This document shows positions 27,651 to 38,512 of a stretch of DNA of 64,000 nucleotides, piece by piece (positions within the stretch are counted from its first letter, which is position 1; the number at the start of each line of letters is the position of its first letter). A model generated the notes under the pieces. It ran no database searches. It was not told the DNA's origin and saw nothing but the letters and a program-made list of their open reading frames with translations. The position numbers were made by a program, and so were the translations under genes. Source of the stretch: Candidatus Omnitrophota bacterium (GTDB lineage: Bacteria; Omnitrophota; Gorgyraeia; Gygaellales; Profunditerraquicolaceae); the NCBI GenBank assembly GCA_018825985.1, contig JAHKAP010000077.1, positions 566-64,565 of the forward strand. The letters run 5' to 3'.

Positions 27651-30263
27651 CTATTTCAAATAAACAGTTATATTATTTATCTTCTTTTTCAAAGCCTCTT
27701 TCTTAATTAAATATAAACCGCAGTTTAAAGGTATCTTTTCGCCTTCTACTATAACTTCTTTCACCTGATAGACCTTTTTTTTAGCGGCCCCCTTAATCAA
27801 AGTAATTCTAACAATCTTGTTATGGAAATTTAATTTGAGATCAATGCTCTGTTTAAAAAAGTTAGCCGGGATTAATTTAGGGTCAATACATAGATCTCCT
27901 AAAATAAACCTCACCCCTAATACTTCCTCCAGGAGAGTATAAATATACCAACTGGCTGATCCGGTGAGATAAGAATACAGGCCTCTTCCCTGGCCGTTAA
28001 AATACTCCGGAATAACCGGGCCGATCCTGGCTTCATCCCGAATAGCCATATTATAAATCGAATTTATGGCTTCAAAACCTTCTTCAACAAGGCCCTGTTT
28101 ATATAAAGCGTTGGATAGCATTACAACCATATGATTAAAGAATGCTCCATTCTCCTTATCTCCGTAAACAAATCCAAAAGCCCGGCCCAGATCCATATAA
28201 ACCTGGCCAAAATCCGTATTCAGTCTAAAACCTCCCAGCTTCTTATCCATTAGATGTTTTTTGATTGCTTTCCAGACTTTCTTAGCCTGTTCCTTGCTGG
28301 CGACTCGGCTCATTAAAGCAAGCACCTGAGAAGTAAGCATCATTCTGACCCCGCCCTTAATCCTGCCTTCAGAGCGCTCGGCTGAATTATCATAATATCC
28401 GTTAAAGAAACCCAAAGCCAACCACTCTTTTTTGCTTAACCATGAAGATAGGTGTGCGGATTTATTTTTTAAATCAGATATCAGGCTGTCAATATTTACC
28501 CTGGTTTTTTTCCCGCCCATATTCTTAACCCGGCTAAAGTATTCTCCCAGCCTTGTTTGTTTTTCTTTATAATTATTGTAATTTATCGGCCTTCCTATTC
28601 TATCTAACAACAGGATCAACTCTTCAAACAGCCATACACTATTGGTCTTCTTTTTCAGCGCTTCCAGAAAAATACAAATATCCTTTAAATTATGGGCGTA
28701 CATAAAACTAAAAGCCACACTCTCGCCATTTTCCGCTGCCATATCCAGGCCATCGTTCCAATCAGCATTCTCCAGGCGAATAATATTGTGTGACCCGACA
28801 TTAAAGAATTGGACCAAATGCTGGACTAGGATATGTTCTAAAATACTACCCTGGTATATCCCTTTACCCGGTGAGCGCAATAAATAGTCTTTCTGGGTTG
28901 GGCCTGGAATAATCTCTTTGGCCCGGGAAAACTGATGATCGCTAAAATAAGTCGCTTCTTTTAAAAAAATATCCAGATCCCCGGTTTTATTCAGATAAAG
29001 CCTTAGGGTAAGGTATGGCCAGACGCCATGATCCATCCAAACTCGGTTTATCCGGTTACGGTCAGAGATAAACGAGCCCTCTTTGGTAATTATAGTGGCA
29101 TTAGAGCCGTCTACTCTGATCCCTTTAAAATTATTTAACAAGAATTCTCTCACTCTCGCATTATCCAATAAAAGAAGGCCTAAGGCATCCTGCCACAGGT
29201 CCCGCCACCCCCGGCCTCCCTTGCCGTAATCAAAATGAGGCAGAAAAGAACAGCCGAAAAGCTTTCTTAGGGCAGGCTGCAATTTTACCCAAAGCAGCCA
29301 ACCGTTAAAATTCTTGTCCTTAAAATCAAATTCCAGGGCGCTTAAAACCCCCAGCCAATATTTACTGGTTTTTAGAAAAATATCGTTTATTTTTTTGGGC
29401 GAATCAAGCCTGGAAAATATTTTTTTGGGTTCTTTTGGATCATCTGAGAGTCCCATAACAAAAAAATATTCCTTCTCCTGCCCCGGTTTTAATACCGCTT
29501 CCTTAAATCTTAAGGCGGCGCAGGACTCTTTACCGTCAAGGCAAGGAAGTTTTTTATTTAGCGGCGGCAGATCCTTGGTTATGGCCTGCGGTGAGCACAA
29601 ATCTCCTTCGCCGTAAAAATAATCCAGGCTCGGATACTGGCCTATTGGAGCAATTTTGTCGCTTTCAAAGCCTAAAACAAAATATTGGGTTTTATTAAGG
29701 GTATGCCCTTTTTCGTCAAAGACCATAGATGGCTTTACCAATATGCCATACTTATCCAGATGAATACGGTTGAGCAGAGAACTGACATGGCGATGATCTC
29801 TTAAGTTTTTCTCTGACCGGGCATAAATAGGAATAAATGAGGTAGGGATTATCTTTAAAGGCTTGTGGGTATTATTCTTAATTCTGACCCGCATTACTTC
29901 CGCTGCCAGATTATAAGGAACAAAATTTAAAACCTCTATTTTTAAGGTCTTAGTCTTTTTTATAACCTTTTGATATAAAAAACCGACTTCAAGAATATCG
30001 TCATAAGAAGAAGACAGCCTGATGATCTCATTATTGGTTTTTATAAAGAAGTCCCTGCGGCACAATAGAGAACTGCGCAGGTCTTCAATGCTTGCCGGAG
30101 GAGTGAGAAAATGATCATTATCTTTCTTGATATCTCCGGATAAATTAGGGCTGATTGAACAAAATAAGCTGCCGTATTTATTGGTTAGCGGAAAATAGAG
30201 GTTATAGCGATGAGGCGATTTGACCCTGAAGGTACCCTGATCATCGATAAATTCATAGATCAT
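27651..30263 (-). CDS. GH94-like glycoside phosphorylase (cellobiose phosphorylase-related)
   Basis: RDLWQD, ADWNDGL, GESV, KENGAFFNH and LTGSASW motifs. Confidence 0.85.
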   Translation of the reverse strand: MIYEFIDDQGTFRVKSPHRYNLYFPLTNKYGSLFCSISPNLSGDIKKDNDHFLTPPASIEDLRSSLLCRRDFFIKTNNEIIRLSSSYDDILEVGFLYQKVIKKTKTLKIEVLNFVPYNLAAEVMRVRIKNNTHKPLKIIPTSFIPIYARSEKNLRDHRHVSSLLNRIHLDKYGILVKPSMVFDEKGHTLNKTQYFVLGFESDKIAPIGQYPSLDYFYGEGDLCSPQAITKDLPPLNKKLPCLDGKESCAALRFKEAVLKPGQEKEYFFVMGLSDDPKEPKKIFSRLDSPKKINDIFLKTSKYWLGVLSALEFDFKDKNFNGWLLWVKLQPALRKLFGCSFLPHFDYGKGGRGWRDLWQDALGLLLLDNARVREFLLNNFKGIRVDGSNATIITKEGSFISDRNRINRVWMDHGVWPYLTLRLYLNKTGDLDIFLKEATYFSDHQFSRAKEIIPGPTQKDYLLRSPGKGIYQGSILEHILVQHLVQFFNVGSHNIIRLENADWNDGLDMAAENGESVAFSFMYAHNLKDICIFLEALKKKTNSVWLFEELILLLDRIGRPINYNNYKEKQTRLGEYFSRVKNMGGKKTRVNIDSLISDLKNKSAHLSSWLSKKEWLALGFFNGYYDNSAERSEGRIKGGVRMMLTSQVLALMSRVASKEQAKKVWKAIKKHLMDKKLGGFRLNTDFGQVYMDLGRAFGFVYGDKENGAFFNHMVVMLSNALYKQGLVEEGFEAINSIYNMAIRDEARIGPVIPEYFNGQGRGLYSYLTGSASWYIYTLLEEVLGVRFILGDLCIDPKLIPANFFKQSIDLKLNFHNKIVRITLIKGAAKKKVYQVKEVIVEGEKIPLNCGLYLIKKEALKKKINNITVYLK

Positions 30264-30285
30264 CCGACAAAACCTTATATGATAA

Positions 30286-30336
30286 TCCCGCCCTTTTGGA
30301 TTAATTTAAAGATCATAAATCTCCAAAAGGGCGGGA
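30286..30336. repeat. 15-bp inverted repeat with TCCCGCC/GGCGGGA ends (terminator or element)
   Basis: TCCCGCCCTTTTGGA...TCCAAAAGGGCGGGA. Confidence 0.75.
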
Positions 30337-30360
30337 CTAAACGAAAACCTAAAAAATGTT

Positions 30361-31041
30361 TTATTTCTTGGATTTCATTTTATCGAGCAGATCCGACATA
30401 AATTTCCCAGCCAGATCCTTGCAGCCTAAACCAAAGGCTATAGCCAAAGCCAGGCCAAAAGAAGCCAAAATCACGCTGATAGACAACTCAATTATCCTAG
30501 CTCCGATATTCAACTGTTCTAAAGTGATAATTATCGCGAAAACAACGACTGCCGCTTCAACTAATTTTGCCAAAAACTTAGCCTGGTATAATCCGGCGTT
30601 ATTGGCCGCAGTCTGAACTATATTACGCAGAAGTGTAGCCGCAAACATACCAAAGATCAAAATGAATATGGCAGCGATAACATTCGGTATATAAAGGACT
30701 ACCCGATTTAACAGTTCCGCGGCAATAGTCAGGCCGATCGAGTTGATCGCTATCACCATAGCCACTAAAAGCGTAAGCCAATAGCATATCACCCCGAGCA
30801 TCTCTGATAAGCTATAATTTATCCCGCCCTTAGCCAGTAGACTGTTTAATTCGATCCGGTCAGAAAGTTCATCAAGCTTGATCATCTTTAATACTTTCAC
30901 TACCAAAGACTTAATGAATTTGGCGATAATCCATCCAAGAATTAAAATGATAATCACTAAAAGCAGATTACTTAAAAACTGTCCGATTTGCGAAATTAAT
31001 GTTTTAGTCGGTTCGATTAAAACTAATTGCCAACCACTCAT
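30361..31041 (-). CDS. Mechanosensitive-channel-associated TM-helix repeat protein (CmpX-like)
   Basis: Two TM-helix repeats (YIPNVIAAIFIL) and ALAIAFGLG. Confidence 0.75.
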   Translation of the reverse strand: MSGWQLVLIEPTKTLISQIGQFLSNLLLVIIILILGWIIAKFIKSLVVKVLKMIKLDELSDRIELNSLLAKGGINYSLSEMLGVICYWLTLLVAMVIAINSIGLTIAAELLNRVVLYIPNVIAAIFILIFGMFAATLLRNIVQTAANNAGLYQAKFLAKLVEAAVVVFAIIITLEQLNIGARIIELSISVILASFGLALAIAFGLGCKDLAGKFMSDLLDKMKSKK

Positions 31042-31239
31042 CCGCCACCTCCTTTTTTTATTATAGCCGCGCTAGAATTCAACGCGCTATCAATTTAGTT
31101 TTATCATAAGTACCATATTATGTCAACCTAAAATCTAAAAAAGCCATGTTAAGAAAAAACCTGTGATCAATATTATATAACCTCATATAAAATGAGGATT
31201 TGTATTGATCTTGTTTAGCGCAAATTCGCTGCAGAATGT

Positions 31240-32634
31240 TTATTTTGCCAATTCTATAACCCGCCAGCTTGAGGCATGATAAGGCAGGGTTCTGTTGCGG
31301 GCTTTGATCCGGCTCAATATATAGTCCGGGTTATCCAGGCTGGCAAGAGGAACCCTGACGATCAGATTCCGGCCTTCATAAAAAACTCGAAGATTCTTGA
31401 TAAATATGGTCTGTTTTTTATCTTTGACCCGGGTGCCAAGTATGCCTAAAGTTATTTTCAATTTCGGCATCAGTTTAAAATCTGTATTCCTGCTATAACC
31501 TAAAAGAAATATGGATATGCCCCGGCCTCGATCAACCTTTCTTCTAAGCTTGAATTTTATGATCAGTTCCCTGCTTTTTAAAGCGTAATATACCGCGGTG
31601 ATCGGACTTTTATTGGCCCTTGACGGCGGAAGCGCGTACTCTTCCACATCCTGCAGATAATCATCAGAGATCAATTCTTTCCATTTTATTTCCGGGGTAT
31701 CCTCATTTTTTAAGAGCAGGTCCGGATAATCACCGAATAATTCTTTCTTGCGGCAGAAAGTAAATAGATAAGGCGGGTTATATTCTATCTGGCTCTGGTA
31801 GGAACTGATGGCTTTATGTTTGTTTTCGATTTCCTGAGGGGTTAAAGAATAATCCTGCCAAGGCGCATCCTCCAGTTTCGGAGGCGGAACCAATTCCATT
31901 TCCGGATGAAAACCCCGGGGTTTGGGCCAGCCGACTACATGGATTATATAAGGAAAAACCTGGGGGTTGACATGCAGATTGTGACTGTTTAAATCCCATA
32001 AAACTATTCTTAAAAACAAATATAGCGCCTGGTGGTCGCGATTAGCATCTCCGGGGTGGGAGACAAAGATCTTATTCGGCTTAAAATCCAGGATAATATT
32101 TTTTATATCTTTGACTATGCTTTCGCCTGTATAAGGAGCGCCAACAGAGAGGGCGTCCTCATAAGAAACCTTATCTACTCTGGTTAACATACTTTTAAAA
32201 GGTTTGGTATCCCCCCAATATTTAGTCAGGATCTCCATCGTCCCCCAATCAGGATAACCCAAGAATATAATATCTTCCCTTTTTAAGCCTAAAGAGGCCA
32301 TTGCCCCGATAGTCTCCCGGCTCCTGACCCGGCCCATATGTAAAAACTCATTTTTTTTAAAAGTTAGGCGTTTTTCATAAACAATAAAAGCCAGTTCATT
32401 ATTATCGCCATTAGTAAAACAAACTACCTTGACCTTGGCCCCTTTAGACAGGGCCTCTTGAATAACCCCGGCAGTGCCGATCGACTCATCATCGGGATGA
32501 GGGGCAAAAACAATAACCCTGTCATCTTGAGTAAAAGATGGGATTGGCCAAATGCTATCGGCAAAGCCAGTCCGTAAAAATAATAAGGTATAAAAGAAAA
32601 TACAGAGATTAATCAGGCGAGAGATATGGAGCAC
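31240..32634 (-). CDS. PIG-L/LmbE family deacetylase, probably exported
   Basis: APHPDDE, TNGD, FLGYPD and DH motifs. Confidence 0.85.
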   Translation of the reverse strand: MLHISRLINLCIFFYTLLFLRTGFADSIWPIPSFTQDDRVIVFAPHPDDESIGTAGVIQEALSKGAKVKVVCFTNGDNNELAFIVYEKRLTFKKNEFLHMGRVRSRETIGAMASLGLKREDIIFLGYPDWGTMEILTKYWGDTKPFKSMLTRVDKVSYEDALSVGAPYTGESIVKDIKNIILDFKPNKIFVSHPGDANRDHQALYLFLRIVLWDLNSHNLHVNPQVFPYIIHVVGWPKPRGFHPEMELVPPPKLEDAPWQDYSLTPQEIENKHKAISSYQSQIEYNPPYLFTFCRKKELFGDYPDLLLKNEDTPEIKWKELISDDYLQDVEEYALPPSRANKSPITAVYYALKSRELIIKFKLRRKVDRGRGISIFLLGYSRNTDFKLMPKLKITLGILGTRVKDKKQTIFIKNLRVFYEGRNLIVRVPLASLDNPDYILSRIKARNRTLPYHASSWRVIELAK

Positions 32635-32643
32635 TTTTTTGTT

Positions 32644-34014
32644 TTAGGCGTCTTCCTGTAGGTAATCAATGAAAGCTTCGACGATCCGGGGGTCAAACTG
32701 GGTACTTTTATTCTCCTTTAGCACAGCTATGGCCTGATTTTTTGTAAAAGCTTTACGGTAAGGCCGGTCCGAAGTCATAGCATCATAGGCGTCCGATACT
32801 ATAACTATACTGGCTAATAAAGATACTTCATCTAATCTTAAGCCTCTGGGATAACCTTTTCCATCCGGGCGCTCATGGTGATCGCGGACTATTGTCAGGC
32901 CAGGCCTTAAGGTCTCTATATTTTCAAGTATCTCTTCGCCGATCTTAGGATGCATTTTGATAACCCGCCACTCTTCATCAGTAAGAGGCTCGGATTTATA
33001 TAATATCTTCTCCGGGATCCCGATCTTACCGATATCATGCAAAATACATATATCTTCCAATAATTTTAACTCCCGAGGAGGAAGCTTCAAATGCCGTGCG
33101 ATATTGACCGCGTAAAAAGCCACCCTTTCTGAATGTCCTTTAGTATAGCCATCCTTGGCATCCAGGACCCGGGCCAAAGATTTTATAGTATCCAGATAAT
33201 GCTGCTGTAATTTATTCTGGGCGTTTTTCAATCCGTCATTCATCTTATTAAAAGCTGAGCCCAGCTCTTCCAATTCATCTCCGGATTTTACTTTGACTTT
33301 ATAATTAAAATTGCCTTTTTCCACTTCCTTAGTCCCTTTGATCAACAGGCGCAAAGGACTAGTTATGCCTCTTCCCACCAGCCAACCTAACAAAAAAGAA
33401 ACAATAATTGCCAGAATCAGGACCCCTAAAATACTCCTGGCTAAAGAAAGCTGCATCTGCCTTATTGACGCGGCCGAAACATCCAATCCCACAATCGCCA
33501 CAACTTCTCCGTTTTGATTACGGACCGGAGCGTATCCGGATAACCAGATGCCCCATTTGTCCGCAATCAGATCATCATCCGCAGCCGGACGGATAAAAGC
33601 TTCTTTCATCCGGGGCATATTGGTAACGTCATAACGCTCTCCGCAATAAGCAATAATATTATTTTTGTCGCCGGCGTCAACCAAAAATAACAAAACATTC
33701 TCCTTATTGCTCTTAATCATGGTATAAACATCATCGATGAGCGGATCAACTATTTTTATCTTCTGCAAAATTGATCTTATCTCTTTATAAGCTAAGGTAT
33801 CCTGGCTTTCCATCTCCGGCTTTATCTGAACGAGTTTATCGCCGTCGATAAGCAGGCTGGATAGTTTTGCCAGGTCGATGATACGTTGGCGTAGATTTTC
33901 TTTCTGCTGGATGACCGCTTTCTGATAGACAAAATAAGTGGTGGCTATCAAGATAATGGTCAGGGCAGAAATAAAAACCAAACTTAATTTTAGCTGAAAC
34001 CCTACTCGCTTCAT
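32644..34014 (-). CDS. Membrane sensor with HAMP and HD-GYP phosphodiesterase domains
   Basis: Two TM helices, HAMP (DELEELGSAFNKM), HDIGKIG and HHERPDGKGYP. Confidence 0.9.
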   Translation of the reverse strand: MKRVGFQLKLSLVFISALTIILIATTYFVYQKAVIQQKENLRQRIIDLAKLSSLLIDGDKLVQIKPEMESQDTLAYKEIRSILQKIKIVDPLIDDVYTMIKSNKENVLLFLVDAGDKNNIIAYCGERYDVTNMPRMKEAFIRPAADDDLIADKWGIWLSGYAPVRNQNGEVVAIVGLDVSAASIRQMQLSLARSILGVLILAIIVSFLLGWLVGRGITSPLRLLIKGTKEVEKGNFNYKVKVKSGDELEELGSAFNKMNDGLKNAQNKLQQHYLDTIKSLARVLDAKDGYTKGHSERVAFYAVNIARHLKLPPRELKLLEDICILHDIGKIGIPEKILYKSEPLTDEEWRVIKMHPKIGEEILENIETLRPGLTIVRDHHERPDGKGYPRGLRLDEVSLLASIVIVSDAYDAMTSDRPYRKAFTKNQAIAVLKENKSTQFDPRIVEAFIDYLQEDA

Positions 34015-34085
34015 ATTATCTTTTGCCTATTTTTTAATCAGTTTGATCGAAAATCTATCTATATAAAAATAACTCCGTATTCTTT

Positions 34086-35426
34086 TTAAATCATAGGTAA
34101 GTATTTCAAGGCCTTCTTTATCTCATTAGAGGGATAGGAATAATTTTTAAGCTCTCCGGCTAGGAATTTATCATAAGAGGCCAGATCCAGAAAACCGTGG
34201 CCGCTAAAATTAAAAACAATGCACTTTTCTTTATTCTGCTTGGCAATATCAATAGCTACCTTTATAGCATGGGCGGTTTCCGGCGCAGGCACAATACCTT
34301 CGGCCCGGGCAAAGGTTATCGCTGCTTTAAAAATTTCCACCTGCTGACAGCTAAGGGCCTCAATAATTTTATGTTTATGCAGCGCGCTAACCAAAGGAGA
34401 GCAGCCATGGTAACGCAGGCCTCCGGCATGAATTCCCGGAGGGACAAATTTATGGCCCAAAGTGAACATCTTTAAAAGCGGGGTAAGACAAGCCTCATCG
34501 CCAAAATCATAACGATAAAGCCCTTTGGTCAAGCTGGGGCACGATGTTGGCTCAACCGCGATCATTTTAAAGTTATTGTTTTTAAGTTTATCTTTTATAA
34601 AAGGAAAAGCAAACCCTCCGAAATTGCTTCCTCCGCCTACACAGGCAACCAGATAATCCGGTTTTTCACCGGCTAATTTCAACTGTTTTTTAGTCTCCAG
34701 CCCGATCACGGTCTGATGTAATAATACATGATTTAAAACACTGCCTAATGCATAATTGGCTTTCTTATTCTTAGCCGCCTCTTCCACGGCCTCGGAAATT
34801 GCGATCCCCAGGCTCCCCTGGCAATGCGGATCTTCTTTCAAAACATTCCTTCCGGATTGGGTCAATTCCGAAGGAGAAGGAATAACCTCAGCGCCCCAAA
34901 TATGCATTAAAGATTTCCTGAATGGTTTTTGATGATAACTTACCTTAACCATATAAACCCGGCAGCCTAAAGAGAAAATATTACAGGCGAAACTTAAAGC
35001 GCTCCCCCATTGTCCGGCGCCGGTCTCGGTTACCAGCTGCTTTATCCCTTCTTTCTTATTATAATAGGCCTGGGCGACCGCGGTATTGGTCTTATGGCTT
35101 CCGGTAGGAGACACACTTTCGTCTTTATAATATATCCTGGACTTAGTCTTTAGTAATTTTTCCAGGTTCCTCGCCCTTCTTAAAGGAGTCGGCCGCCAGA
35201 GACGGTAAATATCCCGGACTTGAACAGGTATATCTATCCAGTGTTCTGAACTTACCTCTTGGTCGATTAAACCTATCGGGAAAATCGGCCTTAAGGCATC
35301 TTTTTCTAAAGGCTTGCCTGTGCCAGGATTGATAGGGGGAAATAACTTAAAAGGAAGATCCGCAGCTACATTATACCATTGATAAGGTATCTCCTTTTCC
35401 GAAAGACCGAACTTATAATCCCGCAT
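34086..35426 (-). CDS. trpB2: Tryptophan synthase beta chain-like, TrpB2 type
   Basis: [25 protein letters not shown] and [10 protein letters not shown] motifs. Confidence 0.92.
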   Translation of the reverse strand: MRDYKFGLSEKEIPYQWYNVAADLPFKLFPPINPGTGKPLEKDALRPIFPIGLIDQEVSSEHWIDIPVQVRDIYRLWRPTPLRRARNLEKLLKTKSRIYYKDESVSPTGSHKTNTAVAQAYYNKKEGIKQLVTETGAGQWGSALSFACNIFSLGCRVYMVKVSYHQKPFRKSLMHIWGAEVIPSPSELTQSGRNVLKEDPHCQGSLGIAISEAVEEAAKNKKANYALGSVLNHVLLHQTVIGLETKKQLKLAGEKPDYLVACVGGGSNFGGFAFPFIKDKLKNNNFKMIAVEPTSCPSLTKGLYRYDFGDEACLTPLLKMFTLGHKFVPPGIHAGGLRYHGCSPLVSALHKHKIIEALSCQQVEIFKAAITFARAEGIVPAPETAHAIKVAIDIAKQNKEKCIVFNFSGHGFLDLASYDKFLAGELKNYSYPSNEIKKALKYLPMI

Positions 35427-35431
35427 TTATC

Positions 35432-35920
35432 CTATCCTTCTCTTTTGGCTAATTCCCTATCCAGCATGATCAAAGCGGCTCCTTCACCTTTGATCGCCCT
35501 TAAAGTCTCTAAGATCTTGGAGGGGCTTTTCTCTTCTTCAACCTGTTCATTAATGAACCAATGTAAGAATACCCTGCTGGCATGGTCGCCCACATCCAAA
35601 GATAAATCATATAACTTATTAATCATCGCCGTAACTTTTTTCTCGTGGCCAAGAGACTGTTCAAATATCTCTTTGGCTGAAGAAAAATCAACCGGCGGCT
35701 GAGCAATAGCCTGTAAAACCACTTTCACTCCCCGGTCATTCAGAAAATCAAATATCTTCATGGCGTGCTTTTCCTCTTCTTTGGCCTGAACTTTCATCCA
35801 ATGGGCAAAACCTTCTAAATTAACCGATTCAAACCAGGAAGCCATTGACAGATAGAGATAGGCTGAATAAAGTTCATTCTTGATCTGTTCATTTAACGCG
35901 CTATGCAATTTTTTATCCAT
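35432..35920 (-). CDS. Ferritin
   Basis: ELYSAYLYLSM, EEEKHA and WFINEQVEEE motifs. Confidence 0.93.
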   Translation of the reverse strand: MDKKLHSALNEQIKNELYSAYLYLSMASWFESVNLEGFAHWMKVQAKEEEKHAMKIFDFLNDRGVKVVLQAIAQPPVDFSSAKEIFEQSLGHEKKVTAMINKLYDLSLDVGDHASRVFLHWFINEQVEEEKSPSKILETLRAIKGEGAALIMLDRELAKREG

Positions 35921-35968
35921 ATTCCCCCCCCTTTTTAGCTTTTTAAGCTATAATGTTTATTAGTGGTT

Positions 35969-35997
35969 ATTATACAATTTTTTAAGGATATTTTCAA
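35969..35997 (-). promoter_or_regulatory. Sigma70-type promoter of the ferritin gene
   Basis: TTGAAA-17 nt-TATAAT. Confidence 0.65.
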
Positions 35998-36010
35998 TGC
36001 TAAAATACCC

Positions 36011-36379
36011 TTAGTTTACAGATACCTCTTTGCTTTGCTCTCCGCCTTTATTACAATGCGCCCATATCGCCAATTTGTCGCTTTTTTTAAGCGATGGAAT
36101 AATGTAAACAACCGATTGCTTATCGTTATCAGTCTGGGTCTCTAATTGCTGTTCGATGACCTTAATGCCGTTTAGATCAACCTTAACTTCATAGATGTAG
36201 TGCTTAGCCGGGTCAGCCACAGAATGCAATATATCACATTTTACCTCAGAGCCTTGTATGCTCACCTTTATATCCGAAGGCGGATGGGAAAAAACCGGAG
36301 ATGATAAAAAAAGAGTGGAAATAGTCAAAAATACTAATTTACGCATTGCCTGCCCATTTGTAAAGAATATCTGATTCAA
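36011..36379 (-). CDS. Small exported protein with His/Cys metal-ligand pattern
   Basis: Signal peptide (likely start MRKLVF), HPP, HS, HYI, HCNKGG. Confidence 0.6.
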   Translation of the reverse strand: MNQIFFTNGQAMRKLVFLTISTLFLSSPVFSHPPSDIKVSIQGSEVKCDILHSVADPAKHYIYEVKVDLNGIKVIEQQLETQTDNDKQSVVYIIPSLKKSDKLAIWAHCNKGGEQSKEVSVN

Positions 36380-37098
36380 TATTCTTTAATATCTAAAGCA
36401 ATATTCCTGTCTATGAACTCGATTATTTTCTTTTGGTCCAGAGTATCCAGGTTATAAAATTCCAGGCCCATACCCGGGAAAAGATGCGGCTGGATATCTT
36501 TTTCTACCAGCCAGGCGACCTTAGCCTCTACCTCTATTATACCAGGTTTGGGCAAAAGCGAAATGACTAAATCCAAAAGTTCACCCGTAGGGTAAGTTTT
36601 TTCTTCGGTAAAAACCAAAACTCCTACCCCGCTTAGATTCAAAACCTTCCCCGAATGTAATTTATCTTCGGACTTGGATTTAAAGCTGATATCGATGCCT
36701 AAATCCAGGCGCTTAAACCTGCGGCGCAATTTCTTATTCTGGATCTCAGATATAGCCTTATCCTCTTCAAAGCTTTTTATGGCTGATTCCTCGTCTATAT
36801 AGATCTCAAAAACCCGGTCCATGCAGACCAGGGATAAAACCTTAGCCAGGTGCGCTGCTACGTTAGCGAATTTTATCCTGCCTTTATGATTTATTACATT
36901 CTTATAGGCTATGGTTAAAACCGATAACCCGGAGTAATCGATCAAATCAACATTCTCAAAATTACATAACAGGTCCTGGTATCCGTTATCCAGGCATAAA
37001 CCTATTTTCTCGATTAAAATCGAAGAGTCAATATCAATATTCCCGGATAGGTCCAATATAACCGCGGACTTAACTTGTCTTAAAGAAACAGTGAGCAT
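36376..37098 (-). CDS. STAS (anti-sigma antagonist) plus PilZ domain protein
   Basis: IDYSGL STAS motif; RRRFKR and NLSGVG PilZ motifs. Confidence 0.85.
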   Translation of the reverse strand: MLTVSLRQVKSAVILDLSGNIDIDSSILIEKIGLCLDNGYQDLLCNFENVDLIDYSGLSVLTIAYKNVINHKGRIKFANVAAHLAKVLSLVCMDRVFEIYIDEESAIKSFEEDKAISEIQNKKLRRRFKRLDLGIDISFKSKSEDKLHSGKVLNLSGVGVLVFTEEKTYPTGELLDLVISLLPKPGIIEVEAKVAWLVEKDIQPHLFPGMGLEFYNLDTLDQKKIIEFIDRNIALDIKEY

Positions 37099-37144
37099 AA
37101 TCCTCCTTCTAAAATTACAAGACTGCAGATTTTCGGATATTTTT

Positions 37145-38410
37145 TTAAAACAATTTACCTATATATTCAATTGTCTTTTGGGTTGCCCCCCGGTTCTTGC
37201 CGATTAAAGTCTTTGCGCGCTCGCCCAAAGCAACAGCTTCCTGATAATTAACCAACAAATACTTTATTTTTTCCTGAAGCTCAAATTTATTATGAACTAA
37301 CACCGCTGCCTGATTCTTAAGGAAAAGGTCGGCGATATTGCGGAAATTGAACATGTGCGCCCCAAAAATAATCGGTTTGGCAAATATTGCCGGCTCCAAG
37401 ATATTTTGACCGCCATGTTTGACTAAACTTCCTCCTATATAAACAATATCCGCGATAGCGTAGAAATTAAGCAACTGGCCTACGCTATCCACGATAATTA
37501 CCGGACCTTTTTTAGAATTTAATAAACCCGTATTTAAAGAACTGAATAACTGGGGTTGTAAACCAAACTTCTTTATTAATCCGGAAATTTCATTTGAACG
37601 CTCAGGATGACGCGGAGCAATGATCAATCTTAAGTTTTTGATCTGGGCGGATATTTTTATATAAGCCCCTAAAATTATCTCTTCTTCATTAGGGTGGGTA
37701 CTGCCGCAGACCAATATCTTTTCATGTTCAGCAATGCCTAATTTGTTTTTTAGTCCAGCCGCGCCTACATTGCCCTCGGAATAATCCTTAAGATCGAATT
37801 TCACGTTACCGGTTATTTTTACTTTCCCGGGAGCAACCCCCAGAGCCAAGAGCCTCTGGGCATCCTGCTGTGTCTGCATGCAGAATGTATCCACTTTATT
37901 TAAAAGCGGTTTAAGAATAAACTTACAGCAATAATAACCCTTAAAAGAATTATCAGATATCCTGCCGTTGACCACCACTATCGGAATGCCGGAAGCGGAA
38001 ATATAGGAAATAATATTTGGCCAGATCTCAGTTTCCACGATTATAAATAATGATGGCCTAATCCTGGCAATCACTTTCCTGACTATTAAACTCAAATCCA
38101 GAGGAAAATAAAATACAAAATCTCCTTTTGCGGCGATCCTCCTGGCGATCTTATTGCCCGTAGGAGTTACGGTAGAGATAACCAGTTTTTTCCCGGGATA
38201 CTTAACCCTTAAGCCCTCGGCCAGTCCCCTGATTGCCTGAGCCTCTCCTACGCTTACCGCGTGTATCCAGATGGGCTCTTCAAAGCTCAAATCCTTGGGC
38301 AGAACCCCTAAGCGCATCCTAAATCCGGGATATTTCTTCTTTTTAAGGAAAAATACCGGAAGGTAAAATATTACAAATACCAGATAGATAAAGTCATATA
38401 ATATAAACAT
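37145..38410 (-). CDS. waaA: Kdo transferase
   Basis: WIHAVSVGE, ETEIWPN, APRHPER and GGQNILEP motifs. Confidence 0.95.
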   Translation of the reverse strand: MFILYDFIYLVFVIFYLPVFFLKKKKYPGFRMRLGVLPKDLSFEEPIWIHAVSVGEAQAIRGLAEGLRVKYPGKKLVISTVTPTGNKIARRIAAKGDFVFYFPLDLSLIVRKVIARIRPSLFIIVETEIWPNIISYISASGIPIVVVNGRISDNSFKGYYCCKFILKPLLNKVDTFCMQTQQDAQRLLALGVAPGKVKITGNVKFDLKDYSEGNVGAAGLKNKLGIAEHEKILVCGSTHPNEEEIILGAYIKISAQIKNLRLIIAPRHPERSNEISGLIKKFGLQPQLFSSLNTGLLNSKKGPVIIVDSVGQLLNFYAIADIVYIGGSLVKHGGQNILEPAIFAKPIIFGAHMFNFRNIADLFLKNQAAVLVHNKFELQEKIKYLLVNYQEAVALGERAKTLIGKNRGATQKTIEYIGKLF

Positions 38411-38414
38411 AGTT

Positions 38415-38474
38415 TATCAAATTCCAATTACCAAATTCTAATAATCAAATAATACCCGGCAATCAATAACCAAA
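38415..38474. repeat. Degenerate CAAAT/CAAT 7-bp-period intergenic array
   Basis: ATCAAATTCCAATTACCAAATTCTAATAATCAAAT...CAATCAATAACCAAA. Confidence 0.6.
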
Positions 38475-38512
38475 GTAAAGATTTAATTATTCGTTATAAT
38501 CTTCTCTTAAAC

